From NCBI GenBank assembly GCA_963662585.1, contig OY759729.1, forward strand, positions 2,016,001 to 2,080,000: a DNA stretch of 64,000 nt. Reading direction: 5' to 3'. This document shows positions 49,906 to 60,450 of the stretch, piece after piece. Position numbers and translations under genes: made by a program. The stretch comes from Candidatus Cloacimonadales bacterium. GTDB lineage: Bacteria; Cloacimonadota; Cloacimonadia; Cloacimonadales; JAFGVF01. Numbering within the stretch: position 1 is the stretch's first letter; each line of letters opens with the position of its first letter. The notes beneath the pieces were generated by a model, which was given only the letters and a program-made list of their open reading frames with translations, was not told where the DNA came from and made no database searches.

Positions 49906-50258
49906 TTTACATCACCCCCTTCTTTTATAGATTTTTTATTTAGAATACTACTATTATTTGCGTTAAATATCAGTCAAGATTTATTTTATGTTTTTGATAC
50001 TATTTAATGTTTCGTTTATATGATCTAGGAGAAATTTATAAGTTAGTTATATTATTCTTAACAAGGGAGAAAATATGAACAAGCTTCCAGACAAGGATTA
50101 TCTAGGAATACAGAGATTATCCCATATTTAGGACTTTCTCTATTTTCTTAACTTTTTGATTGACTTATTTACAACTAATTAATAAACTTGAATGAATTTA
50201 ATCATTAATGAATTATATAACTTAAACCCTCGCATTGAACGAGAAAAGGAGAAGTAAA

Positions 50259-51140
50259 ATGTTAAAAGGTTCTTTCGTTGCTTTAGTAACACCATTTAAG
50301 AATAATGATATAGACTACAACGCTTTAGAAGTTCTGATAGATTTCCATATTAAGAATGGAACTGATGGTATATTGCTTATGGGGACTACAGGTGAATCTC
50401 CTAATATCGCATCAGATGAGAGAGATAGGTTACTACAATTCTGTATCCAGAAGATTGATAAAAGAACAAAGATTATGGTAGGAACAGGAACTAATAATTA
50501 TCATCAAACTGTTTCATTGACTAAGAGAGCTGAGAAACTAGGTGTTGATTATGCCTTAGTTATTACTCCTTATTATGTAAAACCCACTCAGAAGAGTCTT
50601 TATGAATATTTTAAAACCATAGCAGAGCAAGTAGATATTCCTATCGTGATTTATAATGTCCCTGGCAGAACAGGTGTTAATATGAACTCCGATACAACTA
50701 TTAAATTAGCTAATGAATGCAAGAATATAGTTGGAATTAAAGAAGCAACAGGAGATATTTTACAAGCTTCTCGGATAATTAAAGAAACCAATAAGAATTT
50801 CTCCGTTATGTCGGGAGAAGATGCTTTAAATCTACCTCTTTATGCAGTAGGTTGCAAGGGTACAATTTCAGTTACTGCTAACATAATACCTGATAAAGTA
50901 CATAAACTTTGGGCTCTGTGCATGGATAATAAATGGAATGAGGCTAGAAAATTGCATGAAGAGATTTTAGAGTTAAACAATATAATGTTTATTGAAACAA
51001 ATCCTATTCCTGCAAAAGAAGCCTTGGCAATGATGGGTATGATAGATTTAGAGATAAGAATGCCACTTACTCTATTAGAAGAAAAGAATAGAGAATTGTT
51101 AAGAGAGTGTTTAGTTAAATATAAATTAATAAAGAAATAG
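50259..51140 (+). CDS. dapA: 4-hydroxy-tetrahydrodipicolinate synthase
   Basis: ALVTPF, GTTGES, TPYY, YNVPGRTG, GIKEA, ETNPIP; AGGAG RBS before 50259. Confidence 0.95.
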   Translation: MLKGSFVALVTPFKNNDIDYNALEVLIDFHIKNGTDGILLMGTTGESPNIASDERDRLLQFCIQKIDKRTKIMVGTGTNNYHQTVSLTKRAEKLGVDYALVITPYYVKPTQKSLYEYFKTIAEQVDIPIVIYNVPGRTGVNMNSDTTIKLANECKNIVGIKEATGDILQASRIIKETNKNFSVMSGEDALNLPLYAVGCKGTISVTANIIPDKVHKLWALCMDNKWNEARKLHEEILELNNIMFIETNPIPAKEALAMMGMIDLEIRMPLTLLEEKNRELLRECLVKYKLIKK

Positions 51141-51154
51141 ATTAAGGAGAAAGA

Positions 51155-54079
51155 ATGAATTTAGAAGTAGGAAAAGTTTACGAGAACTTTGAACTAAAAT
51201 GGATTAAAGAGATAAAAGAGATAAATAACAAATTATATTTTTTCAAGCATAAGAAAAATGGGGCAGAGCTGATATATTTTGAAAATGATGATATAAATAA
51301 AGTATTTACTATTGGCTTTAAAACACTGCCTGAAGATTCTTGTGGTACTCCTCATATCTTAGAACATTCAGTATTAAATGGTTCTCGCAAGTATCCTTGC
51401 AAAGAGCCTTTTATGGAACTTGTCAAAGGTTCTTTAAAGACTTTCATTAATGCTATGACTGCTTCTGATAAAACTATGTACCCTGTTGCAAGTACCAATC
51501 AGAAAGATTTTATGAACCTAATGGATGTTTATCTTGATGCTGTTTTATATCCAAAGATATATGATACTGAAGAGATTTTCTTACAAGAAGGTTGGCATCA
51601 TGAAATCTTCAATAAGGAAGATGATGTTATTTTCAATGGTGTTGTATATAATGAAATGAAAGGTGCTTTCTCTTCTCCTGAATCAATAATCTATCGAAAA
51701 ATTCAAGGTGTTTTGAATCCTGATAATTGTTATAGTTTTGAGTCTGGTGGAGACCCAGATGTAATCCCTGAATTGTCTTATGAGAAATTCTTGAATTTCC
51801 ACAGAAGATATTATCATCCAAGCAACAGTTATATCGCTCTTTATGGTGATTTAGATTTAGATGCTGCCTTGAAAAAGATTGATAATGAGTATTTAAGTAA
51901 TTTTGATCTACTAAAAATAGACACAGATATCCCTTTACAAAAGCCTTTCCTTGAAGCTGTTGAAAACAAAGACTTCTATCCTGTAGGTCAAGAAGATTCT
52001 TTAGATAATAAAACTTATGTTTGCCATGGCTATAGTGTTGGTAATGTTAAAGATGCAACAACCAATATGGGAATAGGTTTGCTAAGCAATATTCTCATAG
52101 ATATGGAAGGTGCACCCCTTAAAGAAGCTCTTCTTGAAGCAGGTTTAGGACAAGATGTATTTTCTATTCACGACAACTCTATCCAACAACCAATCTTAAG
52201 CTTTGTAGTAAAAAATACCAATGAAGCTGAAAAAGATAGAATTGCTCAAATCATTAATGATACTCTTGCTAAATTAGTGAAAGAGGGAATTGATAAAAAA
52301 CTTATTGAAGCTGTGATTAATTCTCATGAATTCCAATTACGCGAATCTGATACTCGTGGCTATCCTAAAGGTCTTATGTATCAAATGATGGCATTTAATG
52401 GTTGGATGCATTGTGATGACCCTAAGTTATATTTAGAGTTTGAAGATATATTGACTTATATCAGAAAAGCTGCTCAAGATGGCTATTTCGAACAACTAAT
52501 ACAAGAGTATATTCTAAATAATAAACATCAAGCAGTGATTCTTCTATTACCTAAAAAAGGTCTTACAGAAGAGAAGAATAATAAACTAAAAGAATCTCTT
52601 GCAGACTATAAGAAAACTCTTACTGATGCTGATTTAGATAAACTTATTGCTAAAAATGAGAAACTTAGACTTCGTCAGCAAACTCCAGACACTGAAGAAG
52701 AGTTAGCTAAAATACCTCATATTGAATTATCAGATATTAGTCCTAGCCCTCTCCCAGTTGATTTTACTGTAGCTCAAGAAGATGATTTCAAATATTTAGA
52801 AGTTGATTCTCCTACTAATAAAATATCTTATGTAAGATTAGATTTTAATGCTAAAGTGCTCGAGAGAGAAGATTGGAACTGGTTAGGTTTGTTAGACACT
52901 CTTCTTACAAAAGTTGATACTAAGAACTACCTATATAATGAATTATCAAATGAAATTCATATCAATCTTGGTGCTTTTTCTACTAATTGTGATTTTACTC
53001 CAGCTCAGGAAGGTAGAAATGACTATAGTATTACTTTCAAAGTCTTTATTAAATCTTTGCTTTCCAAGATAGACTTTATTCCTAAATTCTTAGAAGAAAT
53101 TCTTTTAAAATCTAAATTTGATAATAAGAATCGTATCCAACAAGTTATTAGAGAAATTAAATCTCGTCTAGAAATGATGATGCTACAAACAGGTCATGTC
53201 TTGGCTATCAATCAAGGCAGAGCTCAGTTAAGAGCTGAATATGATTTCGCTAACGAAACTTCAGGTTATAGATTCTATAAATTTATCTGTGATTTAGAAA
53301 AGAACTTTGATGATAAATTTACCTGTATTGGAGAAAAACTAAGTGAAGTTAGTAAGAAGATTTTCCAAAAAGGATTTATTCTAGGTATTGCTGGAGAAAA
53401 AGAAGACAACATAGCCGTTAAGAATGAAGTAGCTAAGTTTGTTGAAAAGCTAGCTCCAGCGAAAGCTGATTTACCTAAAATTGCTTTCCAAAAATCCCAT
53501 AAGCATATCGCTCTTACTGCTCCGATAAATGTTCAATATACTGGCTTAATCAATGATTATGAAGAGGTTGGAATGAAATATAAGGGTAGTATCACAGTGA
53601 TAAATAATATTCTTAGTTCAGAATATCTCTACAATAATATTAGAGTTCAAGGTGGAGCTTACGGTGCTATTTTAGCTTTTGGTGATGGTGGACACTTCTC
53701 ACTTGTCTCCTACCGTGACCCAAATCTAGCTAGAACTTATAAGGTTTATGAAGGAATTCCAGAATTTCTTAAGAACTATCATGCTTCTGAAGCTGAAATG
53801 ACAAAACAAATCATTGGTTCAGTAGCTAATAATGATATTCCTCAATCTCCAAGAATGCTCTTAGATACTTCTTTCCATTTTAACTATGCTAATATTACTC
53901 CTGAGTATAGACTAAAATACAGAACTCAACTTCTTAATACTAGTGTTGAAGATGTTAGAGCTGAGGCTGATTATTTCCTAAAAGCCATGGAAAATGGTAT
54001 CAGAGTTACTACTGGAAGTAATGCTAAAATTCAAGAAGATAAAGAATTTTTCGATCATATTGAAAATATCTTCGAATAA
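51155..54079 (+). CDS. M16C insulinase/presequence-protease-like metallopeptidase
   Basis: HILEHSVL inverted zincin, NAMT, GVVYNEMKG, IRVQGGAYG, SYRDP. Confidence 0.93.
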   Translation: MNLEVGKVYENFELKWIKEIKEINNKLYFFKHKKNGAELIYFENDDINKVFTIGFKTLPEDSCGTPHILEHSVLNGSRKYPCKEPFMELVKGSLKTFINAMTASDKTMYPVASTNQKDFMNLMDVYLDAVLYPKIYDTEEIFLQEGWHHEIFNKEDDVIFNGVVYNEMKGAFSSPESIIYRKIQGVLNPDNCYSFESGGDPDVIPELSYEKFLNFHRRYYHPSNSYIALYGDLDLDAALKKIDNEYLSNFDLLKIDTDIPLQKPFLEAVENKDFYPVGQEDSLDNKTYVCHGYSVGNVKDATTNMGIGLLSNILIDMEGAPLKEALLEAGLGQDVFSIHDNSIQQPILSFVVKNTNEAEKDRIAQIINDTLAKLVKEGIDKKLIEAVINSHEFQLRESDTRGYPKGLMYQMMAFNGWMHCDDPKLYLEFEDILTYIRKAAQDGYFEQLIQEYILNNKHQAVILLLPKKGLTEEKNNKLKESLADYKKTLTDADLDKLIAKNEKLRLRQQTPDTEEELAKIPHIELSDISPSPLPVDFTVAQEDDFKYLEVDSPTNKISYVRLDFNAKVLEREDWNWLGLLDTLLTKVDTKNYLYNELSNEIHINLGAFSTNCDFTPAQEGRNDYSITFKVFIKSLLSKIDFIPKFLEEILLKSKFDNKNRIQQVIREIKSRLEMMMLQTGHVLAINQGRAQLRAEYDFANETSGYRFYKFICDLEKNFDDKFTCIGEKLSEVSKKIFQKGFILGIAGEKEDNIAVKNEVAKFVEKLAPAKADLPKIAFQKSHKHIALTAPINVQYTGLINDYEEVGMKYKGSITVINNILSSEYLYNNIRVQGGAYGAILAFGDGGHFSLVSYRDPNLARTYKVYEGIPEFLKNYHASEAEMTKQIIGSVANNDIPQSPRMLLDTSFHFNYANITPEYRLKYRTQLLNTSVEDVRAEADYFLKAMENGIRVTTGSNAKIQEDKEFFDHIENIFE

Positions 54080-54101
54080 ATAAATTAATTTAACAGATAC
54101 T

Positions 54102-54138
54102 AAGACTCCTGTTTTCGAGAGAATACGGGAGTCTTTTT
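54102..54138 (+). terminator. Terminator after M16C gene
   Basis: AAGACTCC...GGAGTCTTTTT. Confidence 0.7.
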
Positions 54139-54171
54139 CTTTATTTACCCTACACATTGGGTGCACTTTCT

Positions 54172-54239
54172 TTGCTCCTTCTCACTTAAAACAAATAAAC
54201 TTCGAATAATTATTGTTTTGAGTGAGAAGGAGCAAGGGA
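54172..54239. repeat. Long hairpin of dispersed TTGCTCC...GGAGCAAGGG family
   Basis: TTGCTCCTTCTCACTTAAAACAA / TTGTTTTGAGTGAGAAGGAGCAA. Confidence 0.7.
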
Positions 54240-54542
54240 GGATCAATCGAAGACCAAGTGATTTTATGGAATGGAAGCGTCCCTGTTCCTAGCAAGCTGA
54301 AGTCAGTCTGCTCTTAATTTTCCTAATAATACAAGACTAGTGATTCAAAATTTTTCATTTACAGGAAGTGAAGCTAATTATTTTTTAAGGAATAATTATT
54401 GCATTAGTAGGGTGTAAGCAATTGGTAAAAATGCATTTGGGAAGTATAATTTGCTGATTTATCAGAATTTACTTTACTCTAAATAGTATTTGTATATGAT
54501 TGCAACAAAGAAGAATTTTTAATTAAAGGGAAGGATAAATTA

Positions 54543-57500
54543 ATGAAAAGACTTGTGATTACTTACGCTATTTTACTATCTATGATAGCACTTTTAGCTG
54601 ACATCAACTTAACAGTAGAGCTTGATAGACCGCAATTTAAAGGAAATAGTTTTACGAAAGATTTACCTCTTAAACAGGTAGCAGGGGCACCTCTATTACC
54701 TTTTTATCCGGCAAAAATACTTTTACCTCAAGGAGAAGAGATTGAATCTATTGAAGTTATTCTTACACAATCTTCTACTCTAAGAAATAACATTACTATT
54801 GAACATACACAGCAACAACAACCTATAAGTAGAGAAAACTTTGAGTTAACAAGTCGAAATGATGAAATCTATAATACTGATAGAGCTTATCCTTATGAAG
54901 ATTATCGTTTCTTAGGAATGCAAAATCTTAATGGTTACTCCATTGCTATCGTTAATATCTATCCTTACAAATATAATCCGGTTACCAAAACTTTAAACTA
55001 TTATCAAGTTGCAGATATTAATATCACAACAAAAGATTCAGATACACAAGCACAAATTCAGATAATGGACTTCGCAAAAGTCGCCAAGAAACTAAATAAT
55101 AAAGTCTTAAATAGCCAAGTAAGTTCAAGTTATAGAGAAATAGCTGTAACTTCATCGAGAAATATTGATTTAACAACTCCCCATGAAATGATTATTATTA
55201 CTAGTAGCACTTTGGTTGAAACCATGCAATATTTTGCTGATTGGAAGAATAGCCAGGGTATTTCTACAATGATAGTCGAAACTAGTGATATCTATCCTAA
55301 TTATAATGGTGTTGATAATCCAGCAAAAATTAAGAATTTCATTAGAGAAGCTTATAATAGCTGGGCAAATACTTCTACACCTTTAGAGTATGTTATCTTG
55401 GGTGGAGATGATGAAGTTGTTCCTTATAGAGGAGTATATGGTACTGTGGGTTCTACAATAGACTATTCTATGCCATCAGATTTGTATTTTGCTTGTTTAG
55501 ATGGTTCTTGGGATGATAATGGAAATGGTATCTATGCTGATGAAAATGAACTGATAGATCTAAGTCCTGAAATTTCAGTTGGAAGAATGCCTGCTGAAAC
55601 CCCTGCAGAATTTAATAGATTATTTAACAAAATTATATCTTACGGTAGCACAAATAATTACGCTGATAATGTGGCTGTAATGTATGGTGAAAATCTAAAT
55701 AACGACCCTCTTACTTGGGGTGGCGATTATAAAGATGAAATTGTGGATAGAATGCCTTCAGATTACTTAATCAAAACAAGATATCAAAGAGACGGTAATT
55801 TTAGTTCTCAAGATGTGACTTCAGCAATTAATGAGAATGCTACTATTATGAATCATATGGGACATGCAAATGAAAATACTGTTTGTGGTTTAAATGCTTC
55901 TTCAGCTAATAGTATGCTTACTAATACTCAATATAGTTTCCTTTATAGTCAAGGATGCTATCCTGCTGCTTTTGATAGTAGTACTAGTGGTGGAACAGAT
56001 GGAGAAACTGAATCTGTAGCAGAACATTTAGTGATAGGAGAGCATGGATTGCATACTTTTATCGGAAATACTCGTTATGGTTGGTATTACCCAGGATCTA
56101 CTGATGGTGCTTCTCAATTCTTTGATAGATCATTCTTCGATGCAATGTTTATCTATGATATGAGAGAGATAGGTAAATCACATAATTATTCACTCTTAGA
56201 CAATTTAAACTCTGCTTTAGAAAGCACTGTAATGAAATGGTGCTACATGGAAATCGTGATTTTTGGAGACCCCTCTTTAGCAGTTAAAGAATTTAATAAT
56301 GAATTAGCTTATATAGATATAGAAAATATCGAGTATGTTGATGTTATCGGAGATGGTGATGGAAATATTAATCCAGGAGAAACAATTGAATTAGAAGTTG
56401 AACTTAACAATCTTGCTGGTTGGGGTTCTGCAAATAGTGTAGTTTTAGACTTGTCTATTGCAGATGAGCGTTTTGAAATTATAAATAATCAAACTACAGT
56501 TGGACCACTTCCTGCAGCTAGTAATTTATTAGTAAATACTAATGCTCCTTCTTTCTCAGTACCGAGTTCAATTCCATTTTCTTCCTTTGATTATACTATT
56601 ACTGTAACAGGCTATAACTCCGATAATGAAGTTATTTTTACTAAAGCTTATGATTTTAAATTTGACATTACTTTAATGGCTAACAACTTCCCTCAAGAAT
56701 ACTCAATTGGTAGCAAATCTGCTCCTGTCTATTTAGATTATAACAATGATGACGAGAATGAATTAGTTTATCTGGATACTTATGGAAATTTAAAAATAAT
56801 TAATCTCGCAGGTGAAATTATCTTAGAAGAAACTAGTGAAGTACAAGAGAACATTTTTTCAAGTTATGCAATAACTGATTATAATGGTGCTCCTACTATT
56901 GTTTATGCTTCTAGAACAAACAACTTAGTAGCTCAAGAAATTGGTGGTGATGTCCTCTTTAGATATAATTCTGGTTCTCAGTTCATTACTTCTCCAATCA
57001 TTGCTGATGTTAATGGTGACGGAATAGAAGAAATTATTGCTACGAATTTAAATAAAGAAGTGATAGTGATGAGTTTTGAAGGTCAAATGCTTCCTAACTT
57101 CCCAATAGAATTAGATGTATTTACTGTTTATGAATTAGCTTCAGCTGATCTTAATGGTGATAATAAAGCTGATATCGTGATAGCAACTAATGACAATCAA
57201 CTTTATGCTATTGATTATCAAGGAACAAATTTACCAAACTATCCTGTTACTCTGCCAAATACTAATATGACAGCTCCTTTAATAACTAGTGATAGAATCA
57301 TTGTCGGTTCTTTAAATAACCTCTACTCTTTAAATTACGCTGGTGAAATTATGCATCAGTTTGAAGTAAGTGGTGTGCCTGTAATGCCTATCGCTAATGA
57401 TTTCAATGCTGATGGATATGTTGATTATGGCTTCGCTACTTCTACAAGAAAGCTCTATATTGTTTCTGAAAATGGACAAATATTAGAAGGTTTCCCAAAA

Positions 57501-58145
57501 ATACTATTAAAAAATTCTCAAACTCCAGCTCTTTCAACTGATGTAAATGGAGATGAATACCCAGAAATTATCTGTTTTGATAGTAGTAGCAATATCTATA
57601 TTTATGATTATCTAGGCGAAAGTTTAACTAATTTCCCATTTGCAGCAAATCTTGCTACTGCAAACCCTGCTACACTTGGAGATATTTATGGTAATGGAGA
57701 ATGGAGCTTTGTCTTAGGATATACTCAAGGAATTGGTTTGGCAAATCTCAAACTACCTATTAATGAGGAAGTTCCTTCTTGGTTAACTTACAGAAATAAC
57801 TATCATAGAACAGCTTTTATGAATACTTCATTTGCTGTTTCTAATCATGGTTCAGATGCTGAAGTTCTTACTACTGCCTTATCAGGAAATTATCCTAATC
57901 CTTTTAACCCTGAAACTACTATTGCTTTCTCACTTGAAAAAGCAGGAAGTGTAAAACTTGAAGTCTATAATATTAAAGGACAAAAAGTTATAACCTTAGC
58001 AAATGGTAATATGGATAAAGGAAGACATAATGTTGTCTGGAATGGTAGAGATAATAATGGAAGAAAAGTATCTTCAGGTCTTTATCTTTACCGCTTAAAG
58101 ACAGAAAAAGAAGAATTTAATAGTAAGATGATTTTGATGAAATAA
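54543..58145 (+). CDS. Secreted C25 (gingipain-like) cysteine peptidase with FG-GAP-like repeats and FlgD-Ig/CTD C-terminus
   Basis: Signal peptide, propeptide, YVILGGD, SDLYF, VGRMP, NHMGH and SQGC catalytic segments, FGDP; ADVNGDG repeats; NYPNPFNPETTI..WNGRD..SSGLYLYRL. Confidence 0.88.
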   Translation: MKRLVITYAILLSMIALLADINLTVELDRPQFKGNSFTKDLPLKQVAGAPLLPFYPAKILLPQGEEIESIEVILTQSSTLRNNITIEHTQQQQPISRENFELTSRNDEIYNTDRAYPYEDYRFLGMQNLNGYSIAIVNIYPYKYNPVTKTLNYYQVADINITTKDSDTQAQIQIMDFAKVAKKLNNKVLNSQVSSSYREIAVTSSRNIDLTTPHEMIIITSSTLVETMQYFADWKNSQGISTMIVETSDIYPNYNGVDNPAKIKNFIREAYNSWANTSTPLEYVILGGDDEVVPYRGVYGTVGSTIDYSMPSDLYFACLDGSWDDNGNGIYADENELIDLSPEISVGRMPAETPAEFNRLFNKIISYGSTNNYADNVAVMYGENLNNDPLTWGGDYKDEIVDRMPSDYLIKTRYQRDGNFSSQDVTSAINENATIMNHMGHANENTVCGLNASSANSMLTNTQYSFLYSQGCYPAAFDSSTSGGTDGETESVAEHLVIGEHGLHTFIGNTRYGWYYPGSTDGASQFFDRSFFDAMFIYDMREIGKSHNYSLLDNLNSALESTVMKWCYMEIVIFGDPSLAVKEFNNELAYIDIENIEYVDVIGDGDGNINPGETIELEVELNNLAGWGSANSVVLDLSIADERFEIINNQTTVGPLPAASNLLVNTNAPSFSVPSSIPFSSFDYTITVTGYNSDNEVIFTKAYDFKFDITLMANNFPQEYSIGSKSAPVYLDYNNDDENELVYLDTYGNLKIINLAGEIILEETSEVQENIFSSYAITDYNGAPTIVYASRTNNLVAQEIGGDVLFRYNSGSQFITSPIIADVNGDGIEEIIATNLNKEVIVMSFEGQMLPNFPIELDVFTVYELASADLNGDNKADIVIATNDNQLYAIDYQGTNLPNYPVTLPNTNMTAPLITSDRIIVGSLNNLYSLNYAGEIMHQFEVSGVPVMPIANDFNADGYVDYGFATSTRKLYIVSENGQILEGFPKILLKNSQTPALSTDVNGDEYPEIICFDSSSNIYIYDYLGESLTNFPFAANLATANPATLGDIYGNGEWSFVLGYTQGIGLANLKLPINEEVPSWLTYRNNYHRTAFMNTSFAVSNHGSDAEVLTTALSGNYPNPFNPETTIAFSLEKAGSVKLEVYNIKGQKVITLANGNMDKGRHNVVWNGRDNNGRKVSSGLYLYRLKTEKEEFNSKMILMK

Positions 58146-58202
58146 AGAAGAATGCAGGGGGAGTATTGCTCTACTCCTCTAGTAGAAGATAAATAAAAAT
58201 TG

Positions 58203-58227
58203 AAGCCCTGGTAACTCAGGGCTTTTC
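58203..58227. terminator. Terminator between convergent C25 and ATPase genes
   Basis: AAGCCCTG-GTAACT-CAGGGCTTTT. Confidence 0.7.
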
Positions 58228-58286
58228 CTATTCAACTCTCTTTTCGAATGTTTAAAACTGGTAAGAAAAAACTTAAGTGACAAAGT

Positions 58287-59402
58287 CTAAATAATAACAA
58301 ATTCTCGGAAATTATTTTTGTTGATGAGTTTAGTCTCAGCCTTATAGTTGTTTATAAAAGAAGTAGGGAATTTGACATTATCCTTGCTCCATTTAAACTC
58401 AAAAGCGTAGATATCATCAGCCTTGATTTCTACTAAGTCTATCTCTTGTTGTTGTTTGGTACGCCAGAAATACATCTTTGTGAAAGGGTTTTTATATTTA
58501 TTCTGTTTTAATCTTTCAGATATTAAGAAGTTTTCCCATAGAGCACCCTTATCTTCTCTTAAATCTAAAGGTTTAAAATTGCCAATAATGGTATTCCTAA
58601 CTCCATTGTCATAGAAATATATCTTTTTATTCTTCTTGATTTCATTTCTCAAGTTCCTGCTAAAGCTATCTAAACGAAAAATAACGAATCCCTTTTCTAA
58701 AATATCAATATAGTTTTGGACAGTATTTTTACTGATGCCAATTAATTGAGAAAGTTCATTATAGTTTACTTCACTGCTCATTTGTAGAGCAAGGGCCTGA
58801 AGAAGTTGTTCTAATACTTCAGGTTTTCTTAATCCAGAAAAAGCTAGAATATCCCTATAAAGATAACTATTCACTAACTCAGATAAAACCTCCTGCTCTT
58901 CACCAGGGTTATTAATGACCTCAGGATATAATCCATAAAGTAATCGACTCTCTAATTGTTGTTCAGATTTAATAAGACCTATATTATTTTGATGCTCTTC
59001 CCAGGTAATTGGAAAAAGTTCATACTCCCATTTCCTCCCAGTTAAAGGTTCATTCAAGGCATTACCTAAATCGAAAGAAGAAGATCCACAAACTAATAGC
59101 TGGACATCTTTAAACTGGTCAGTAATTATTTCCAAAGTTAAGCCTATCTTATCTATTCTTTGGGCTTCATCAAGGAAAATAATTTTATGTTTACCAATGA
59201 TAGATCTAATTTCTTCAGTTGATGGTTCAGACATTAAATTTCTAACTGTAGGGTCATCACCATCTAAAAACAAGAAATCTTTCTCATTTAAGAGGCTCTT
59301 TATTAAAGTTGTCTTGCCTACCTGTCTGGCTCCAATTATGATAATAGCTTTGCCTCGATTAAGCTTTTTCAATATTACTTTTTCTAAATATCTGTCTATC
59401 AT
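58287..59402 (-). CDS. AAA ATPase with C-terminal DUF4143 / PD-(D/E)xK-like domain
   Basis: GARQVGKT, IFLDEAQ, GSSS, LTGR, KIYFYDNG, GALWENF, YFWRT..EIDLV..FEFK. Confidence 0.88.
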   Translation of the reverse strand: MIDRYLEKVILKKLNRGKAIIIIGARQVGKTTLIKSLLNEKDFLFLDGDDPTVRNLMSEPSTEEIRSIIGKHKIIFLDEAQRIDKIGLTLEIITDQFKDVQLLVCGSSSFDLGNALNEPLTGRKWEYELFPITWEEHQNNIGLIKSEQQLESRLLYGLYPEVINNPGEEQEVLSELVNSYLYRDILAFSGLRKPEVLEQLLQALALQMSSEVNYNELSQLIGISKNTVQNYIDILEKGFVIFRLDSFSRNLRNEIKKNKKIYFYDNGVRNTIIGNFKPLDLREDKGALWENFLISERLKQNKYKNPFTKMYFWRTKQQQEIDLVEIKADDIYAFEFKWSKDNVKFPTSFINNYKAETKLINKNNFREFVII

Positions 59403-59513
59403 GATATCCTCTTTAATGTTGTTTAACTATAAATATATATCTATTAGTTAATAGGCTTCTATAATGTCAATAGTTATTTTGTAAAAGAAGATAATGTTAA
59501 TAGAATAAAATAC

Positions 59514-59590
59514 AACTATCTGTCAGTATACTGACTAAAAGTTATAACTATTTGTCAGTACGATGACTAAAAGTTATAACTTTTAGTCAT
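59514..59590. promoter_or_regulatory. Phased palindromic operator-like array upstream of AAA-DUF4143 gene
   Basis: Perfect 28-bp palindrome ATGACTAAAAGTTATAACTTTTAGTCAT (59563-59590), imperfect copy 32 bp earlier, half-copy before that. Confidence 0.6.
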
Positions 59591-59815
59591 TAGGTAGGCC
59601 GATATATCTGATTAGTGGTTAGGATTTTGTCTTAATAATTCTCGTATTATAATAGTAAAAATAATAAAATCTTGACAGTTTTGGACTCTTCAAGTTCATA
59701 TTAACACAAATAATAAAAATTCATAATGAATTATCTTTCAAAGAATTAAGATCTTCTTTCTGGAGAAGAAACAGATTCTTTAAAGGAATATTGTGATAGA
59801 TTAGGAGTTGAATAA

Positions 59816-60442
59816 ATGTTAGATATTATCAGGCTTCGGTTATACCAAAACTGGGGTTATCAGAGCTTAAAAAAAGGTAAACATGAAAAAGCATTGAGAC
59901 ATTTTGAGAAAGCATTATTGATATCTCAAGAAGTCTCAATAATCTTTAATTATGTTGTAGCACTATCCGCTGTCGGAAAATACAGTGATGCTTACCCCTA
60001 TCTATCTAAAATACTAACTGAATATAAGGATAATGAGATGGCTCTTTCCATGATGCTTTGGGTATGTATGATGCTCAGAAAGTGGGATGAAGCTGTTGAT
60101 TTGTGCGAGAAAATCAGACTGCAATTTCCTTCTAATCAAGAATTTATTCATTTATATGATATACTTCAAAATGAAGAAGTTAGAGAAAAGTTTGTAGCTG
60201 CTCAAGACTTAATAAAACAGGCTGACCAAAAAATGATAAAAAAACAATACTCAGATTCTATAAACTTGCTCAAGCAAGCCTTAGAGATAAATCCTGACGA
60301 AGCACTTGCTTACAATAATTTAGCATCTATCCATTACTCATTGAAAAAAAAAGAAGAAGCCAAATTATATATCAAAAAAGCTGTTGAGTTAGACCCCTTA
60401 AATTCCAAGTATAAAAAGAATTTGAGAATTATTGATAAATAG
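59816..60442 (+). CDS. TPR-repeat protein
   Basis: ALEINPDEALAYNNLA..AVELDP TPR motifs. Confidence 0.85.
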   Translation: MLDIIRLRLYQNWGYQSLKKGKHEKALRHFEKALLISQEVSIIFNYVVALSAVGKYSDAYPYLSKILTEYKDNEMALSMMLWVCMMLRKWDEAVDLCEKIRLQFPSNQEFIHLYDILQNEEVREKFVAAQDLIKQADQKMIKKQYSDSINLLKQALEINPDEALAYNNLASIHYSLKKKEEAKLYIKKAVELDPLNSKYKKNLRIIDK

Positions 60443-60450
60443 AGGATAAG

